Shown here in pieces: positions 1 through 12,541 of a stretch of 64,000 bases of DNA. The position numbers were made by a program, and so were the translations under genes. Location: the IMG/VR virus record IMGVR_UViG_3300031555_004779; one strand, given 5' to 3'. The notes under the pieces are model-generated. The model did not search any database. It worked only from the letters and a program-made list of their open reading frames with translations, and had not been told where the DNA came from. Within the stretch, counting starts at the first letter, position 1; every line of letters begins with the position of its first letter. This DNA comes from a virus. Taxonomy: Duplodnaviria > Heunggongvirae > Uroviricota > Caudoviricetes.

Positions 1-3000
1 AGTTAAGGTACTACCAAATGAACCATATTGAGTTATTAAATTTTCCGCATATATAGGCAAATCTTTTAATGGGTCAATAACACTCGCATCAACACCAATT
101 TCTTCTAATTGAGTAACTGCTTCTTCAACGCCTAAAGAAGAAGTAAGGTCAGCATCAGCGATAATTTTCTCTGCCTATGCTTTTAAATCACTGTCTTCTA
201 TATTAGCAAGACCAGTAATTATCTTAGTATAAGCATCTGCCATTGCCTATGCAGCTGCTGGGTCATCTTCACCAGCAATTTCTTCAACATATTCAGCATA
301 TTGATTTAATTTATGCTAAATTGCTGTAGAAATTCTATTAGTCGCACCAGCTGTTTCATCCACTGAAATATTTCCTTCTTCGTCAACCTAGCCATATAAT
401 TTACTAAGTTTTTCCCAACGGCCTCCAGCAGATAAACGTTCTAATTTTGCCTATGCTCTTTGTATAGATTCATCTTCAGTTTCAGTTGCCTAATTATAAT
501 GTTCAAGCGCTAAAGCCAATTCTTTGCTGTCAGAATTCGCAGCGACTCCAAGTAAATTAGCAACCTTAGTGGTAAATGTATTTTCATCTAACATGCCAAG
601 TTTTGCTTGTTCAATTAGTGAATTATACTTATCTACATTTTCACCTTCGGTTAGCATCTAAGCTAAAGATTCTGCCGTTGCCATGCGAACATCAGTTTTT
701 TCGGTTAGCGTAGCAGCGGCTTCTGCCTTAATAAAACCTTCATCAGTAAAAATATTTTCATTTACTTCGCGTGTAATTTTATAAGCATCATTCTCACCAG
801 AAGCAATAAAATCAGAAACAGCAGCCGCGATAACAACATCAGCCAAACCTTTTACATCATTAACGGCAGACTCACTATCTAAATTATATGACTATCCTAA
901 TCTGCTATAATTCTCTAGAGAAGTTAACTAAGCCTATTCTAAATTTCTTTTATCCTTTCTTGAATCTAAAGCTAACTAACTCTAATTACCAAAAAATTCA
1001 TTACGTTCTGCGTCTGTATATCCGGTAATTGCAGAGAAAATACTATCAAAAGTTTCTCTAGTTACACCAAAATTAGCATTATTAGCGGCTTCATTTCTTA
1101 TTAAACTTAATAACTCTGCTTCTGTTGTCGCCGCTTGAAAGCCAGTCAATGACTCCTGAGAAGCTTTTGATAAATCAAATAAAGTAGAATATTTTTCCCA
1201 TAATTTTAAATCTTCGTTATTTAAAGCCTATGAAAAATTCTTTATTTGTTCAATACTTAGTCCAGCGTCAGTAAGAGTTAAAATAGAATCAAGGAATCTG
1301 CCGCCTTCTGACCTATCAACAAGTGTTTCATAGCCATATTCTGCATTCGTTGCATAATAAGAACCGCCAAAAGCTTCTAGTAATGAAATCTATCCCCTAG
1401 ATAGTGTCTCTTCATCTAAACTTCCCTATTCTCTGAGAGCTCTAAAAAGGCTTAGCTATTCTTCTTGAGTTATTTTAAATTCCTTACCATCTTTATCCCA
1501 ATAAGAAAACCCTTCAGTAAGAAAATCCATCCAAGTATTTTCATTAGAAAATTCAGCTGTTTTAGCTTTTTCCTAAAAAGCATCCATGAATGGAGTAAGA
1601 GCTGCGTCCGCCGCTTTTTGCTATTCTTCATTTTCCTTAACCGCTGCTTCAGCAGCAATAATTTGCGCCGCGGCCGCTTCATAAGCAGCCTATGCAGCAG
1701 CTTGTCTAGCATTTGTTAATTCTGCTTCAGCAGCTATTACACTAATAATAGCATTGCCTGCGGCATCTACACCAGAAGTTAATTCTGGAAAATTACTAGC
1801 AAAAGCATTTTGAGCATCAATATAAGCCTATTGTGCTTCAAGACTATCGTATTGTTCAGATTCCAAACGTTTCAATTCATCTATAGAAGTCTATAGATTA
1901 CTTGCTCGTTCATTAGCTTTAGCTCGCTCTAAATTTTTCTCTTCGGCTTTTTCATTAGCTTTTTCCAAATCAAATTGAGCTTGCTCTAAATCATTAACAC
2001 CAGTAATTATCGCAGCTAAACCTGCCGCGGCGGCAGTTCCAATTGCTGCCACAGCACCTGCTATTGGATGAATGCTAGCTGCTATACTGGTAATCTAACC
2101 ACCAATTGAAGCCACATTACCAGCAGCAGTCATTTTTCTGCCTGCAACTATATCTTCAGTAGCAGTTTTTGCTCCAGCAACAGTCAAAGCAGAGCCGGCC
2201 ATTGTTAACACAACACCACCGACTTCGCCAATTTTTCCTGCTGTGTTCATTAGTTTTTCGTGCTTTTGTGCTTTTTGCTCTGCATCCAACTGATGCTAAT
2301 ATTCAGCTTCTAATCTTTCTATATTTTTTCTATTTTCGTTTTTACGTTTTTCTAAATCAGCAGATTCTTTATCTATTTCAGCACTTTTCTTTTTTATTTT
2401 CTACTATTCTTCTAATTCATTATTTATTTTATTTTCTAATTCTGCTCTTCTTTTTTGAGCATCATCAATCTGTGATTGATATCTCTAATATGCAGGTCCA
2501 GTTTCAACTACTCCTGCCTAACTTCTTTGGCTATTAGCAATTTCACGGTCTATCTAAGCTCTCTCTTGTTCAAAAGAAGCCATTCTCTTCTATGATTCTT
2601 GCATTTCGGCATTAACAGCTGTTTTTTTCTTATTAACTTCTGTATCGGCACTTTGCAAATCATCATGGAGCTTTCTTTCAGCTTTTACTTGTTCATGTAT
2701 CTATTGAGAACCAGTTAATTCTACAGCTAAAGGTTGCTAAGTTCCATCTTCCTCCAATTTAACTGGAACTGGCTTTTCTTCTCCAGATTGAGTGCCCGTA
2801 GTAGTAGTAGTAGTAAAAGCAGACTACCTCGTTGCTTCTTTGGTACCAAAAATTTTAGAAGCAAAACTACCAAGCACTCCTCCTTTACTCTAAGAAGCGC
2901 CTTTAGTAATCTTACCCATCTTACCAAAAAATCCATCAATCAAACCAGTGGTTAAACCTTTAATTCCCTTAATAGCCGACCCAAAACCTAATATAACATC

Positions 3001-5481
3001 TAGTTTTGGTAATTTATTAATACCCGCCAATAAATCATTAACAAAATCTAATAATCCTCCAATAAGTGGACCATTAACAATATCCATATAAAATTGTTGG
3101 AAATTAGTTTTAATATTATTCAATTTTGTATCTAATGATTCTAGAGTTTTACTATATTGCAGAAGTCCTGCATCTTCACTATTTTCTGCAGCACTAGCAA
3201 CTTCTTGAAGGCGTTCTGCATTAGAAACTAAAGCTAAGAAACGGGATTGTTGACGGTTGCCTGCAAAAATAGTAGCAATATAACGTTGAGTAACACTATC
3301 TAATGTATCCCATTTTCCTGCTAATTCAAAAATTACTTCATCAAAATCACGGAATTGGCCCTACGCATCTTTTAAAGAAATGCCTACAGATTTTAATGCA
3401 GTATCAACACGGTTATAATCTATATCTTCGCCTTCGCTATCTACTGTTAAACCTTTAGTCATTTCACCATAACGAGAAATGATAGATTTCATAGCAGAAC
3501 CAATATTCTGAGGACTTTCACGAGTAGCTTCTACCATGACGGCTAACATTGCTGTAGTATTTTCAAAACTACTACCAACAGAAGCAGCAGAAGAAGCTGT
3601 TTTGGACATAGCGGTTACTAATTCTTGAGTATCAGAGGCAGTAACGGCCGCTACCTTAGAATATACATCAGTAACATGAGCCGCGTCTGTCATCTCCATA
3701 TTGAAACCACGAATAGCGACTGTCATACCATCAGCGGCTTCTTTGTAATCCATGCCGGCAATACGAGCCATTTTTAATGTCTCAGTTGTAGCCGCCATAG
3801 TATCTAATTCATTTAAACCTTGTTGGAAATAAAGCTGAGAAACTTGATAAACACCTTGAGTTGTTACACCATACTATTTGGCAATACCCATATATTCATC
3901 AATTTTTCCCCATAAATCAGAAACACTATAATCAGTAACTACAGCGATTTCTGTCATTGCAGAATCGAGAGATTTTATATCAGCATAAGCACTGCGCAAG
4001 CCACTTTTTACCATTGTAATAACTTGCTGAGCACCCATCCAATGTTTTACACTAGATTTTAAATTATTTTTAAAACTATCTGCTTCAGCCTATGCTCTAG
4101 CCGCTTCCACCTCTCCTCTTCTTCTATCGTCAACTTCAGTCTAATAAACATTAGAAGCACGAGTGTTGTACTAACCAGTTGAAGCAATAATTTGATTCAA
4201 ACGATTAATAGTGCCTTCCTTTGCCTATTTATCAAGAAGTTCAATTTGCTTTTTCTAAGCTTCTATCTATGCATCAAAATGTCCGCTAACAGTTTCAGTG
4301 TGCTAATTAGAAATTGCCTATAATTCACTCTATAAAGCATTAGACAAATTCATTAACTAAGTAGCTTCGCTAATTAACTGTTGTAGTCTAGCAGATTCAG
4401 CTTGATAATTACTTGCCTAACTATTATAGGCATCAACAACACCTTTCGTTGATTCATATTTTGCAACAATGCTAGAATCGCTCTTTCCTGCTGCAGCCTA
4501 AGCACCACGAACTTGATTCTCTAAACCGTGTACACCTTTTCCTCCCTAACTTGGAGCGGCCATAAATTGTCCTAATTTTCCTTGTAAGGTAGTAACAATA
4601 GTTTTAGCATTCTACGTAGCAAAAGCATCAATTTCGGCAGGTGTTAGTTCCATCCACTGACCAACAATTTGTGCAAACTCTAACCCATCTCCAGCCTCTA
4701 ATGTTTGCTTGGTAATATTCTAAGCAAATAAATTACCATAATCAGCAATTACGTCTTCTTTCTTTCTAAAATCAGTTTTTACGCCGCCTAATTTATCTGC
4801 TACAGTTTTTTGTTTTTGTAATTTAATATAATTTTTATACTATTTTTCTAAATTTTCAAAATTGGCTGCTTCCATTGCGGCGGAAGCATTATTATTTTCG
4901 AAAGCTTGCTAATTAGCTTGTAAATCGGCTAATTCTTTACCAAGCGCTGCAATTTCACCCTGAGCTTTGGCAGCAGCTTTTCCTAAACTATTTACATTAG
5001 AAGATAAACTGGCTTCGCTAGAAAAACCGCCCTTTCCAGACGCAGCCATATATTTTGTTAATTGATCTTGAGATAAAACAGTAGATGCACTTTTATTTAT
5101 TTCTGCATTCTTTTCTCTCTAAATCTGTTTTAACATTTTTCTAGCTTCTGTCAGCTAAAGGGTTCCAAGCCCTAATGATTCAGCAGTTGAAGTACTTACT
5201 TTATACTTCATTTCTGCAAAAGCCTATGTAATTTTATCAATCTAAGTAGCAGATTGTTTTAAATCTTTTTCATTAAAAAGATTTTTTCCGAATGAAGATT
5301 TAGTTTTTCCTAAAGTTTTATCTATATTTCCGAAAGCTTTACTAAAACTTTTTTCTAAACCAGGACTTATATCAAGATCTGAAAAAGTCTACTGTAAACC
5401 ATTACTTAAAGACTTAATAACATCTACCTAATTTTCTAAATTCAATTTCGCTGCGACAGAAATCTCAATTGGTTTCGCCAT
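1..5481 (-). CDS. tail tape measure protein. The 3' part of the gene runs off the window start. The frame is continuous only if TAG is read as sense.
   Basis: ATG at 5479-5481 follows RBS AAAGGGAGTGAAAAGGAAT. Same-frame ORF pieces 3361-3798, 2890-3123, 2095-2289 and 658-846 all share one frame and are separated by TAG. Piece 3361-3798 carries a TP901-type tape-measure motif (MARIAGMDYKEAADGMTVAIRGFNM). Piece 2095-2289 has an Ala/Gly-rich hydrophobic segment typical of tape-measure proteins. Confidence 0.75.
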
Positions 5482-5510
5482 ATTCCTTTTCACTCCCTTT
5501 TTGTAAAAAA

Positions 5511-5540
5511 TAAGTGCTCCCAGAATGGGAGCACAACTTA
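5511..5540. terminator. GC-rich hairpin between the tape-measure gene and the upstream tail gene
   Basis: Inverted repeat TAAGTGCTCCCAGAATGGGAGCACAACTTA. Confidence 0.35.
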
Positions 5541-5541
5541 T

Positions 5542-6348
5542 TTAAATACCAAGAATATCATCATCTAGATAAAGCACTTCACACACAGTTGCTTCTCTAT
5601 CTCCTTGTGACTCCGGTATTGCAATTATATTAAAGGTAGACACAGCAGGGTCTGCCCTTTCTCCCATTCTCAAATTTATATTACTCACAACGCGGACTTT
5701 TGGCATACGGAGTAAACCTGTATGATATAGTCCTTCGTTTTCATCTTTCATTAAGAATGTGGCTTCAAGGGTATATAAATTAGTAAATCTTTCCCGAGCC
5801 ATTGAATAAAGTACCGTATCACCATTATGATAAAAGTAGTAATCACAACGTACAACTTCACCAGCATATTTCTTGTCAAAAATTACCTTTCTTCCTTCAA
5901 TAGATATAGGTTTAATTCTTTCTTGAAGATTATCTAAATCATAAATATAAAAGAATGCTTTTTTAAGTTTTAATTCAGGAGTATATTTTAAAACTACTTC
6001 ACCCTAATCTCCAATGATTAAATCTTCAACAAAGAACAATGGGTCATCAGGTTTCTTTTGTAACATATTAGCATTTAAAAGAAGATTAAAACTAGTAGCG
6101 TTTAATGTTCCATTTGTAAAACTAAACATCGTTTCTTTTCTATCTTCCCAAATTACACGAGGTTCATTTCCCCAGCCACCACGTGCCATAATAGGAGTTA
6201 CTTGTTCACTTAGCAAAGCAATTTGAATATTTTCAAAATACATTACAGGTTCGCCAGCTTCAAGTACTCTTTTCCCAAAAGCAGTTTCTTCACGAGTTTT
6301 TATACAAACTCTTTCTAAATCTTTTATTCCTAATTCCTATAAAATCAT
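5542..6348 (-). CDS. tail-associated protein. It is a paralog of the 6427-7284 product (shared ARGGWGNEP/AQGGWGNPK motif) and contains in-frame TAG.
   Basis: ORF pieces 5542-5802 and 6004-6243 share a frame. ATG at 6346-6348 follows GGAGGAAAAAA. The position between the major tail gene and the tape-measure gene suggests a tail chaperone or tube role. Confidence 0.4.
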
Positions 6349-6426
6349 TTTTTTCCTCCAAGATAAAAAAATAAAGGGAGCGGCGGACGTGCCGCACGCT
6401 CCCAAAGGAGAAAACTTTCGTATAAA

Positions 6427-7284
6427 TTAGTTATACTTAATTAGGCTCATCATGTTACCATCGTTATCACGAAGTACATTTAGAGTCATGTTGAAGGTAG
6501 AAGGATCGCCTTCAGCCTGCATGTTTAGAGTTACTTCAGATAGCATCTTAGCCTTGTTGATTACGAACTGGAAGGCTTCATCAGCACCGGTAGCTTCAGA
6601 ACGAATTAGAGCGTCACCAACTACACGATAGGTGCCAGGGAAAGTGTTGGGAGAAATAACGATTTCAGAAGCCTGAGAATTATTTTCGCGAGTTTCTTCC
6701 CAGAAGAAACGAATCTTGCGGGTACCTTCTTCCTCGGTTACAGTATAACCAATTACAGCGCCATCTAGACTATCAACGCCGTTCTTTACATTGCCACGTA
6801 CGCCATCCTTCATGTCGATGTATTGATAGGTGGTCATAGCCTCGGCGGGGAACTGAGCCTTGCCGTCAATAGTCTTACCGGCTTTCTTTTCATCAGTTTC
6901 AACGGGGAAAGCGATAGTATCGCCAGCCTTGAAGTTCTTTTCAGCAGTACGACGAACGATTACATATTCATCAGCAGCAGTCTTTCTGAACTGACCGCCC
7001 TGAATGATACGTAGCTCTTCCCAAGATACGACAGCATCTTCTAGAGTTACGTTAATATCCTTGCCGTAATCCCAAGTAACGAGCTTAGGATTGCCCCAGC
7101 CGCCCTGAGCAGATACGTTTTCAGCAGTGGTTTCAGTGGTAGAAACCTTTAGAGTGTCTAGATAAAGTACTACGTCACCCTCTTGAATGCCGTTGATTTC
7201 GTCATTAGCGAGAGCAAATAGAGAGACGTTAGCTACTTCCTTAATACCATAGCGTTCAAAAATATTTAGAGCCATGAGTAACAT
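6427..7284 (-). CDS. putative major tail (tube) protein
   Basis: Intact 285-aa ORF with RBS AAGGAGGATG, lying upstream of the chaperone-like gene and the tape-measure gene in the usual siphovirus gene order. Confidence 0.45.
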   Translation of the reverse strand: MLLMALNIFERYGIKEVANVSLFALANDEINGIQEGDVVLYLDTLKVSTTETTAENVSAQGGWGNPKLVTWDYGKDINVTLEDAVVSWEELRIIQGGQFRKTAADEYVIVRRTAEKNFKAGDTIAFPVETDEKKAGKTIDGKAQFPAEAMTTYQYIDMKDGVRGNVKNGVDSLDGAVIGYTVTEEEGTRKIRFFWEETRENNSQASEIVISPNTFPGTYRVVGDALIRSEATGADEAFQFVINKAKMLSEVTLNMQAEGDPSTFNMTLNVLRDNDGNMMSLIKYN

Positions 7285-7295
7285 CCTCCTTACTT

Positions 7296-8540
7296 GAATG
7301 TCATGTTTTTAATCCAATGAGAAAGCTTTTCTTTGCTTATCTTTGCACCGGCCATAGCGGCCTGTGAATTTATATTAAACTCTTCATACCAGCCCATCCG
7401 CTTTAGCTAGTCTTGAAAAGCATAATATGTCATATATTGTGTATCTATTAATCTATATGCTCCATTTGTTCCAATCGGAATAGAAGCGATAAGGTCAGTA
7501 AGCTATACTTTACTTTCACCTTTATTTTTTGTCTGCTTTTGCTTAGCAATTTCACGCTTTTTTCGGCCTTCAATTAATTGAATCTTGATACGTCTTGCAT
7601 CTGGAGAATCGCTATCTTTAAACTCTATTCTATCTGAAGTATAGTCTTCCATAGCACAAACAGCACCAATATAACTCTAAAACTCATAGAAATTATCTTT
7701 ATTCAAAATTCGCTTCTCAGTTGGATCGCCCAAAACGATAGAGGAGTTATTCATTAATATCGTACCGCGATCTTGCGTAAATAATTCTAAAGCACGAAGC
7801 AAAACTTGTTTATGTGTCGGTTCCATAGAAACCAACATTAATAGATACTCAAAATCCGTCAGTTTATCTAAGAGTTTTTTCATCTCTCTATCTTCAGCTG
7901 GCGGTTTGGAGGTAAGCAATACTGAAATACACTAATAAAATTCTTCTAAACCAATAGAGGCGACTGTATCCATTAGTGGAGAATATACAAGACAAATATC
8001 TTTATATATTAGTGGCTTACCATATAATAATTTTAATTTATCTCCATCAGTTAAATTCATTTATACTATAATACATTGTATAGCCGCCCATTTGTGGAGA
8101 TAATGTTAGAGGAACGCTGTGAGAAAACTAAAGTTTCCCAATGCCCTCAATTCGCTGTTGATTAAACATCTAGTCTATCTCCTACATTAATAAGTAGGGA
8201 CGCAAGTTATTTTCATCAAGCAACCATTCCTCATAAGGGCAAACAATTTCAAAGCGTAAAGTACATAATTTGAAATCGTCATTATTTGGATTGACAATAT
8301 ATTTGTCAAAAACTACAACGATAAAAGAACATTCCTTATCATCATTTTCTGGTATCTTTGGAACGATGATAAGCTATTTATTTATTAAATCTGTACCGTC
8401 TACATTTGCAAGCTCTTCACTAAAAGGACTTGTATTTTGATATTTTAATAAACGACACAAACGCTAATTTTCAGTAAGTTTATTAAGTATAGAAAATAAA
8501 TTATCGCCCATTATAGCGAATCTGCGTTGTGTAGCCGCCA
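7296..8540 (-). CDS. tail/virion structural protein, TAG-containing, about 414 codons
   Basis: The frame runs from ATG at 8538-8540 (RBS AGGAGGTATAAT) to TAA at 7296-7298. TAG codons occur at 7677-7679 and elsewhere. Confidence 0.4.
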
Positions 8541-8542
8541 TA

Positions 8543-9616
8543 TTATACCTCCTGCCACAAAGAAATAACCTTTATTTCTTTTTCATATTTTACTCCATCA
8601 TAAATTGCTGATAAAGTAAAAGTGCCAAGTTTATTCTTTTTATTTGTAATTACTTTACCTACATTACCATTAGTTTCAACAGTAGCTAGTTCTTCATTTG
8701 AACTTTTGAATTTTATATCTCCATTCAAATTTGGAATTGTTAATTTATATTCAGCAGTTTTAGTTATACGAATATAATCATCGCCACTAATAAAACCAGT
8801 TTGTTTATTTTGTTTGCCTATAGAAACTAAAATAGTTTTCATAGCATTTTCATAAGAAAGAATTACCATAGTTTCTCCAGATTCATTGGCAATAATTTCA
8901 CCATTCTCATTAACAATAAAACCACTGCCCGGCATTATCTAAGGAGCGCCGCTATTTTCTACAATAAGCCCATCTTTAGAAATAGTATACTCTGGTCGGA
9001 AAATTTCTCCAACAGAAATATACATTTTATCTGGAGCATTAATAGACCAAACTTGTTTTTTATCAGCATTTGCTAATTGTTCATACAAATCATCTGTAAG
9101 CTCATTAACTTTTGTTTCAGTAAATGACATATAAATAATACCAGGAACTGAAACTTTATCATAATCAACGAGCCGCCAAGCTTCATCAAAAACAATGATT
9201 TCTGTATTCTTTCTTATTTCCTAATAAGGCATAATAATTTCAATAAACTTGTTTGGCTAAGGAGTAATCAATTCATTCCAAGTTCTAAAATTTTCTTTAA
9301 TTTTAGATTCCTAAGAACCAATAATATGACATAAAGAAGAATGAAGATTACCTTCTTCATCTACCCAATTTATTTTATGATTACACTTAATAATCTCAAA
9401 TTTATCATGAGGTTGATAAGAAGAAATAGTTTTATACCAAATTAACCAATTTGAATTATCCCATTCAATAATATTACCAGCATTTAACTCCACACACGTA
9501 TCAACTAATAATTTTAAAGATGTTTCTAATTCATTTTGCTTATGTGTAAGAATTACACCATCAAATACTTTTTCTCCACTTTTCAACCCGCGAACAGTAT
9601 GTTCGCTATAACGCAA
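8543..9616 (-). CDS. structural protein with a C-terminal Ig-like (BIG2-type) domain, TAG-containing
   Basis: Pieces 9311-9616, 8939-9130 and 8543-8935 are co-frame, joined by TAG at 8939-8941 and at 9221-9223. The C-terminus TLSAIYDGVKYEKEIKV is a typical Ig-like decoration domain. Confidence 0.4.
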
Positions 9617-9701
9617 ATACTATTTAAATTCACGTTTACCAGATTTTAAAGCTCTTTCTTGCGGAGTGATACCCAAATGACCCGCGCGCTTACGATATAC
9701 T

Positions 9702-9977
9702 TCATAATACTCGCTCACCTTTAATCAACTCCTCAACAAGATTCATACACTCAAAAATAGTTTTGCGGAAATATTCATAATTTAAATATTTTAACTCCGA
9801 AAGCTTACCAATGAGTGGCCAATAATTAATTGTTCTTTCGGCTCTGGCCAAACCATGTAATTCAATTAATATTGTATCTAAAAATTTTTCCCAAGCTCCT
9901 TCCTTTTCTCTTTCACAGAGTAAACCAAATAAACGACCTTTTAATTTATGATAAAATCCTTCTTTTGACTCAATCAT
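9702..9977 (-). CDS. hypothetical protein (possible head-tail connector). The N-terminus may extend upstream through TAG.
   Basis: ORF track entry; its position in the morphogenesis module. Confidence 0.3.
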   Translation of the reverse strand: MIESKEGFYHKLKGRLFGLLCEREKEGAWEKFLDTILIELHGLARAERTINYWPLIGKLSELKYLNYEYFRKTIFECMNLVEELIKGERVL

Positions 9978-10204
9978 TTCTTACCAGCCAACTAAGTAAA
10001 GATTTTATTAGGACGATAATTAACTGACCGACTATATCTATCTAACATAAAACGACAATCATCTCGTACCTATACCTAAGTTTTGTTTAATTGATTAAGG
10101 AAATTAGCTTGTGAAAAATCTTTGTCAGAATATAATTGTCTAATATTATCCCAAGTTGCTATTGCTCGGTTTAACCATTCAAGTTTCATAAAAGAACCAA
10201 GAAT

Positions 10205-10426
10205 CTATTTTTCATCATTCCCAAGTTCAGAAACGAATACTTTTCCAATTGGATCATATTCTAATGAAACACGAGGATATCTAAAATGAAAAATCGCCGC
10301 ATCTAACAATTTGTTCCAATCTTTTTCAACAATATCTAAATATTCTCTTTCCATCCATTCATCGGCTTCAACCTTAGAAAGGAAGACATCATAAACATCT
10401 TGTAGTGTTGTTGCCACAAGAATCAC
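10205..10426 (-). CDS. hypothetical protein. The ORF ends at a TAG (10205-10207), so the true 3' end probably lies further downstream.
   Basis: ORF track entry; its terminal codon is TAG. Confidence 0.25.
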   Translation of the reverse strand: MILVATTLQDVYDVFLSKVEADEWMEREYLDIVEKDWNKLLDAAIFHFRYPRVSLEYDPIGKVFVSELGNDEK

Positions 10427-10863
10427 TCCTTACGAGCCATCGCCATGACGTTTAGAATATCTACATTGGTATATTTCTTAATAATATTACAACGACCAGG
10501 ATCGGCAATAGAAAGTTCAACTGCTGTAGCAACGATTTCATCCTGAAGAGCAGGAGAAGCATTCTTTAATGCATCCGCTAATTCTTTTACAGTTTTATCC
10601 GTTAAAAGTTCTTTAACATTAATTTCTGCACCAGTTTTAGTTTCTACTTCAATATGTTCCACACCAGCGTCATTTGTTTCATCGTAAATAACGCTAATAA
10701 AACCCCACTTAACCATATTTTCGCAACCATGGTCATAAATAAACTCTACAAATACATCTTCGGGCATCTGACGTTCCTGCTTAGGACGAAGTTCAGTGCG
10801 GAATCTTACATTGGGAAGATTTACTGTAATTACAGAGTTACTAACATTTTTAATCTTATTCAT
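10423..10863 (-). CDS. hypothetical protein (head completion or connector candidate)
   Basis: Intact 146-aa ORF immediately downstream of the major capsid gene. Confidence 0.35.
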   Translation of the reverse strand: MNKIKNVSNSVITVNLPNVRFRTELRPKQERQMPEDVFVEFIYDHGCENMVKWGFISVIYDETNDAGVEHIEVETKTGAEINVKELLTDKTVKELADALKNASPALQDEIVATAVELSIADPGRCNIIKKYTNVDILNVMAMARKE

Positions 10864-10895
10864 ACGCCTTTTATCTCCTTTCGTTTTGTATAATC

Positions 10896-10921
10896 CGGGT
10901 GGGGTTTTCGCCCCACCCGGT
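10896..10921. other. stable GC hairpin CCGGGTGGGGTTTTCGCCCCACCCGG directly after the capsid gene. It may be an attenuator or RNA-stability element.
   Basis: 11-bp perfect stem with no flanking U-run. Confidence 0.3.
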
Positions 10922-10929
10922 ATCAGTAA

Positions 10930-11967
10930 TTAGTCAATAAACTGTTGATTATCCCAGCCGGGAGCGTCAATAGAAGCATTTAGATAAATGCCCCAATAAT
11001 GAGGTTCAGCGGCTAGACCAATGCCCATCTTCTTATAGAACTGGATTTCAATAGACCAGTCTTCGTTCTGGACATACTTCATATGAGTGTCACCAACTAA
11101 AGCAACCTTAACTAGCTTTTCCTTACCAGCGGGTAGAACATAAGCAAAGCCAGGATGCCATACCATCTTGGAGTTGGTTTCATCGGTGAAAGAGTTGGGC
11201 ATTACAACAACAGGAGCGCCAGCGAAGCGACCGATGTAGCCCTGATTACGGAAATCGCGAATATCTTCATCGCTCATCTTGTAGTTCTGGCCATCGGTGA
11301 TAACATTAACCATGGTAGCAGCAAACTGAGAAGAGCAGTAGATTACGGGATCGCCATAAGCACCAACAGTATTAATTAGAGCGGCCATCTTAGCGCCGTC
11401 AAAGCCATTAGCTAGAACACGGTTAGCAGCAGGACGGCCAGCCTGATTCCAGGTGTGTAGTAAGCAGCCCTGAATTTCTTCAAATACGCGATCAACTAGA
11501 CCTTCAACGAGAATTTCGTGTAGCTCGGTTAGATCTTCCTCGCCATCGAGATAACGTTCCCAGTCCATGATAGCGCCGCCACCAAAGGCGAAGGAGCTGA
11601 CTTCAAAAGTCTCACGGTCTAGACGGAAGGTTTCATATACGCCAGCAGCAGTAGCACGAGTAACATAAGTCTTACCACGGTTACGGCCTAGCTTACGCTT
11701 GAAAATAATCTTATCGTTATTGCCATACTGCTTTACTTCGCAGAAAGGAGCAATAATATCCATTACCTTACGAGGTACGATTTCATCAGCATCCTGCTCT
11801 AGAATAGCAAATACTTCAGGAGCATTCTTCTGTAGTAGGTGATAGTTACCAGCTAGCTTCTTTACTTCGTCGCGAAGAGCAGCCTTATAATCAACGTTCT
11901 GCCCCTCAAATTCGGCAGGGATATTACGGCCGCGGGCACAGTCTAATAATTGCTTTAAAGTCTTCAT
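10930..11967 (-). CDS. major capsid protein (HK97-fold candidate)
   Basis: 345 aa, strong RBS, located between the scaffold and connector genes and followed by a hairpin. Only the size and position are typical of a major capsid protein. Confidence 0.55.
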   Translation of the reverse strand: MKTLKQLLDCARGRNIPAEFEGQNVDYKAALRDEVKKLAGNYHLLQKNAPEVFAILEQDADEIVPRKVMDIIAPFCEVKQYGNNDKIIFKRKLGRNRGKTYVTRATAAGVYETFRLDRETFEVSSFAFGGGAIMDWERYLDGEEDLTELHEILVEGLVDRVFEEIQGCLLHTWNQAGRPAANRVLANGFDGAKMAALINTVGAYGDPVIYCSSQFAATMVNVITDGQNYKMSDEDIRDFRNQGYIGRFAGAPVVVMPNSFTDETNSKMVWHPGFAYVLPAGKEKLVKVALVGDTHMKYVQNEDWSIEIQFYKKMGIGLAAEPHYWGIYLNASIDAPGWDNQQFID

Positions 11968-11985
11968 CTTACATTACCTCCAACA

Positions 11986-12528
11986 TTAAGCCTTTACCAT
12001 GTGATAATGGAGAGCAGGCTCGCCATTGGGCATAGTCCAGACGCGACGAACGCGAGCGAAAACGCCACTTTCGGGCATGGTAGCAGTAACCTGAGGACGG
12101 CCATTGCCAACAACAGGAATTAGATATAGGGGAGCATCCTTTAGAGCAGTAGCGATAGCTTCCATATCGGCATATTCGCCCATATCAAAGCAGTTAGAAG
12201 TGAATACATCACCATCTTCTAGTTCGCCAATACGAGGATACTGACCTTCAACAGCAACGCCACGGAAAGTCTTTAGACCTTCTAGATAACGTCCCCATTC
12301 TTTTTCAGTGGTATAAACAATACCAATCTTGCGAGTGTTCTCAGAAATTAACTTATATTCGCCGTTTGCACGTTCGGCGTCAACCCACATACCATTTTCA
12401 GCGGGTGCTTCAGCAGTGAACTCAGCAGATAGGGGTAGCTGAGAACCGATCATACCAGTCTTGAGGAATCCGGCACGATTAATTTCTAGCTGAGCATATT
12501 GCTTTACAGGAAACTTAGCCATAATCAA
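11986..12528 (-). CDS. head-associated protein (decoration or accessory)
   Basis: 180-aa ORF between the scaffold and capsid genes. Confidence 0.3.
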   Translation of the reverse strand: MIMAKFPVKQYAQLEINRAGFLKTGMIGSQLPLSAEFTAEAPAENGMWVDAERANGEYKLISENTRKIGIVYTTEKEWGRYLEGLKTFRGVAVEGQYPRIGELEDGDVFTSNCFDMGEYADMEAIATALKDAPLYLIPVVGNGRPQVTATMPESGVFARVRRVWTMPNGEPALHYHMVKA

Positions 12529-12541
12529 TTACCTCCAGTAA

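Noticed and set aside
1465-2537. Plus-strand ORFs 1465-1719 and 2169-2537
   Set aside because: They are antisense to the tape-measure gene, have low-complexity translations and no ribosome-binding sites. They are artefacts of the Ala/Gln-rich repeats on the coding strand.
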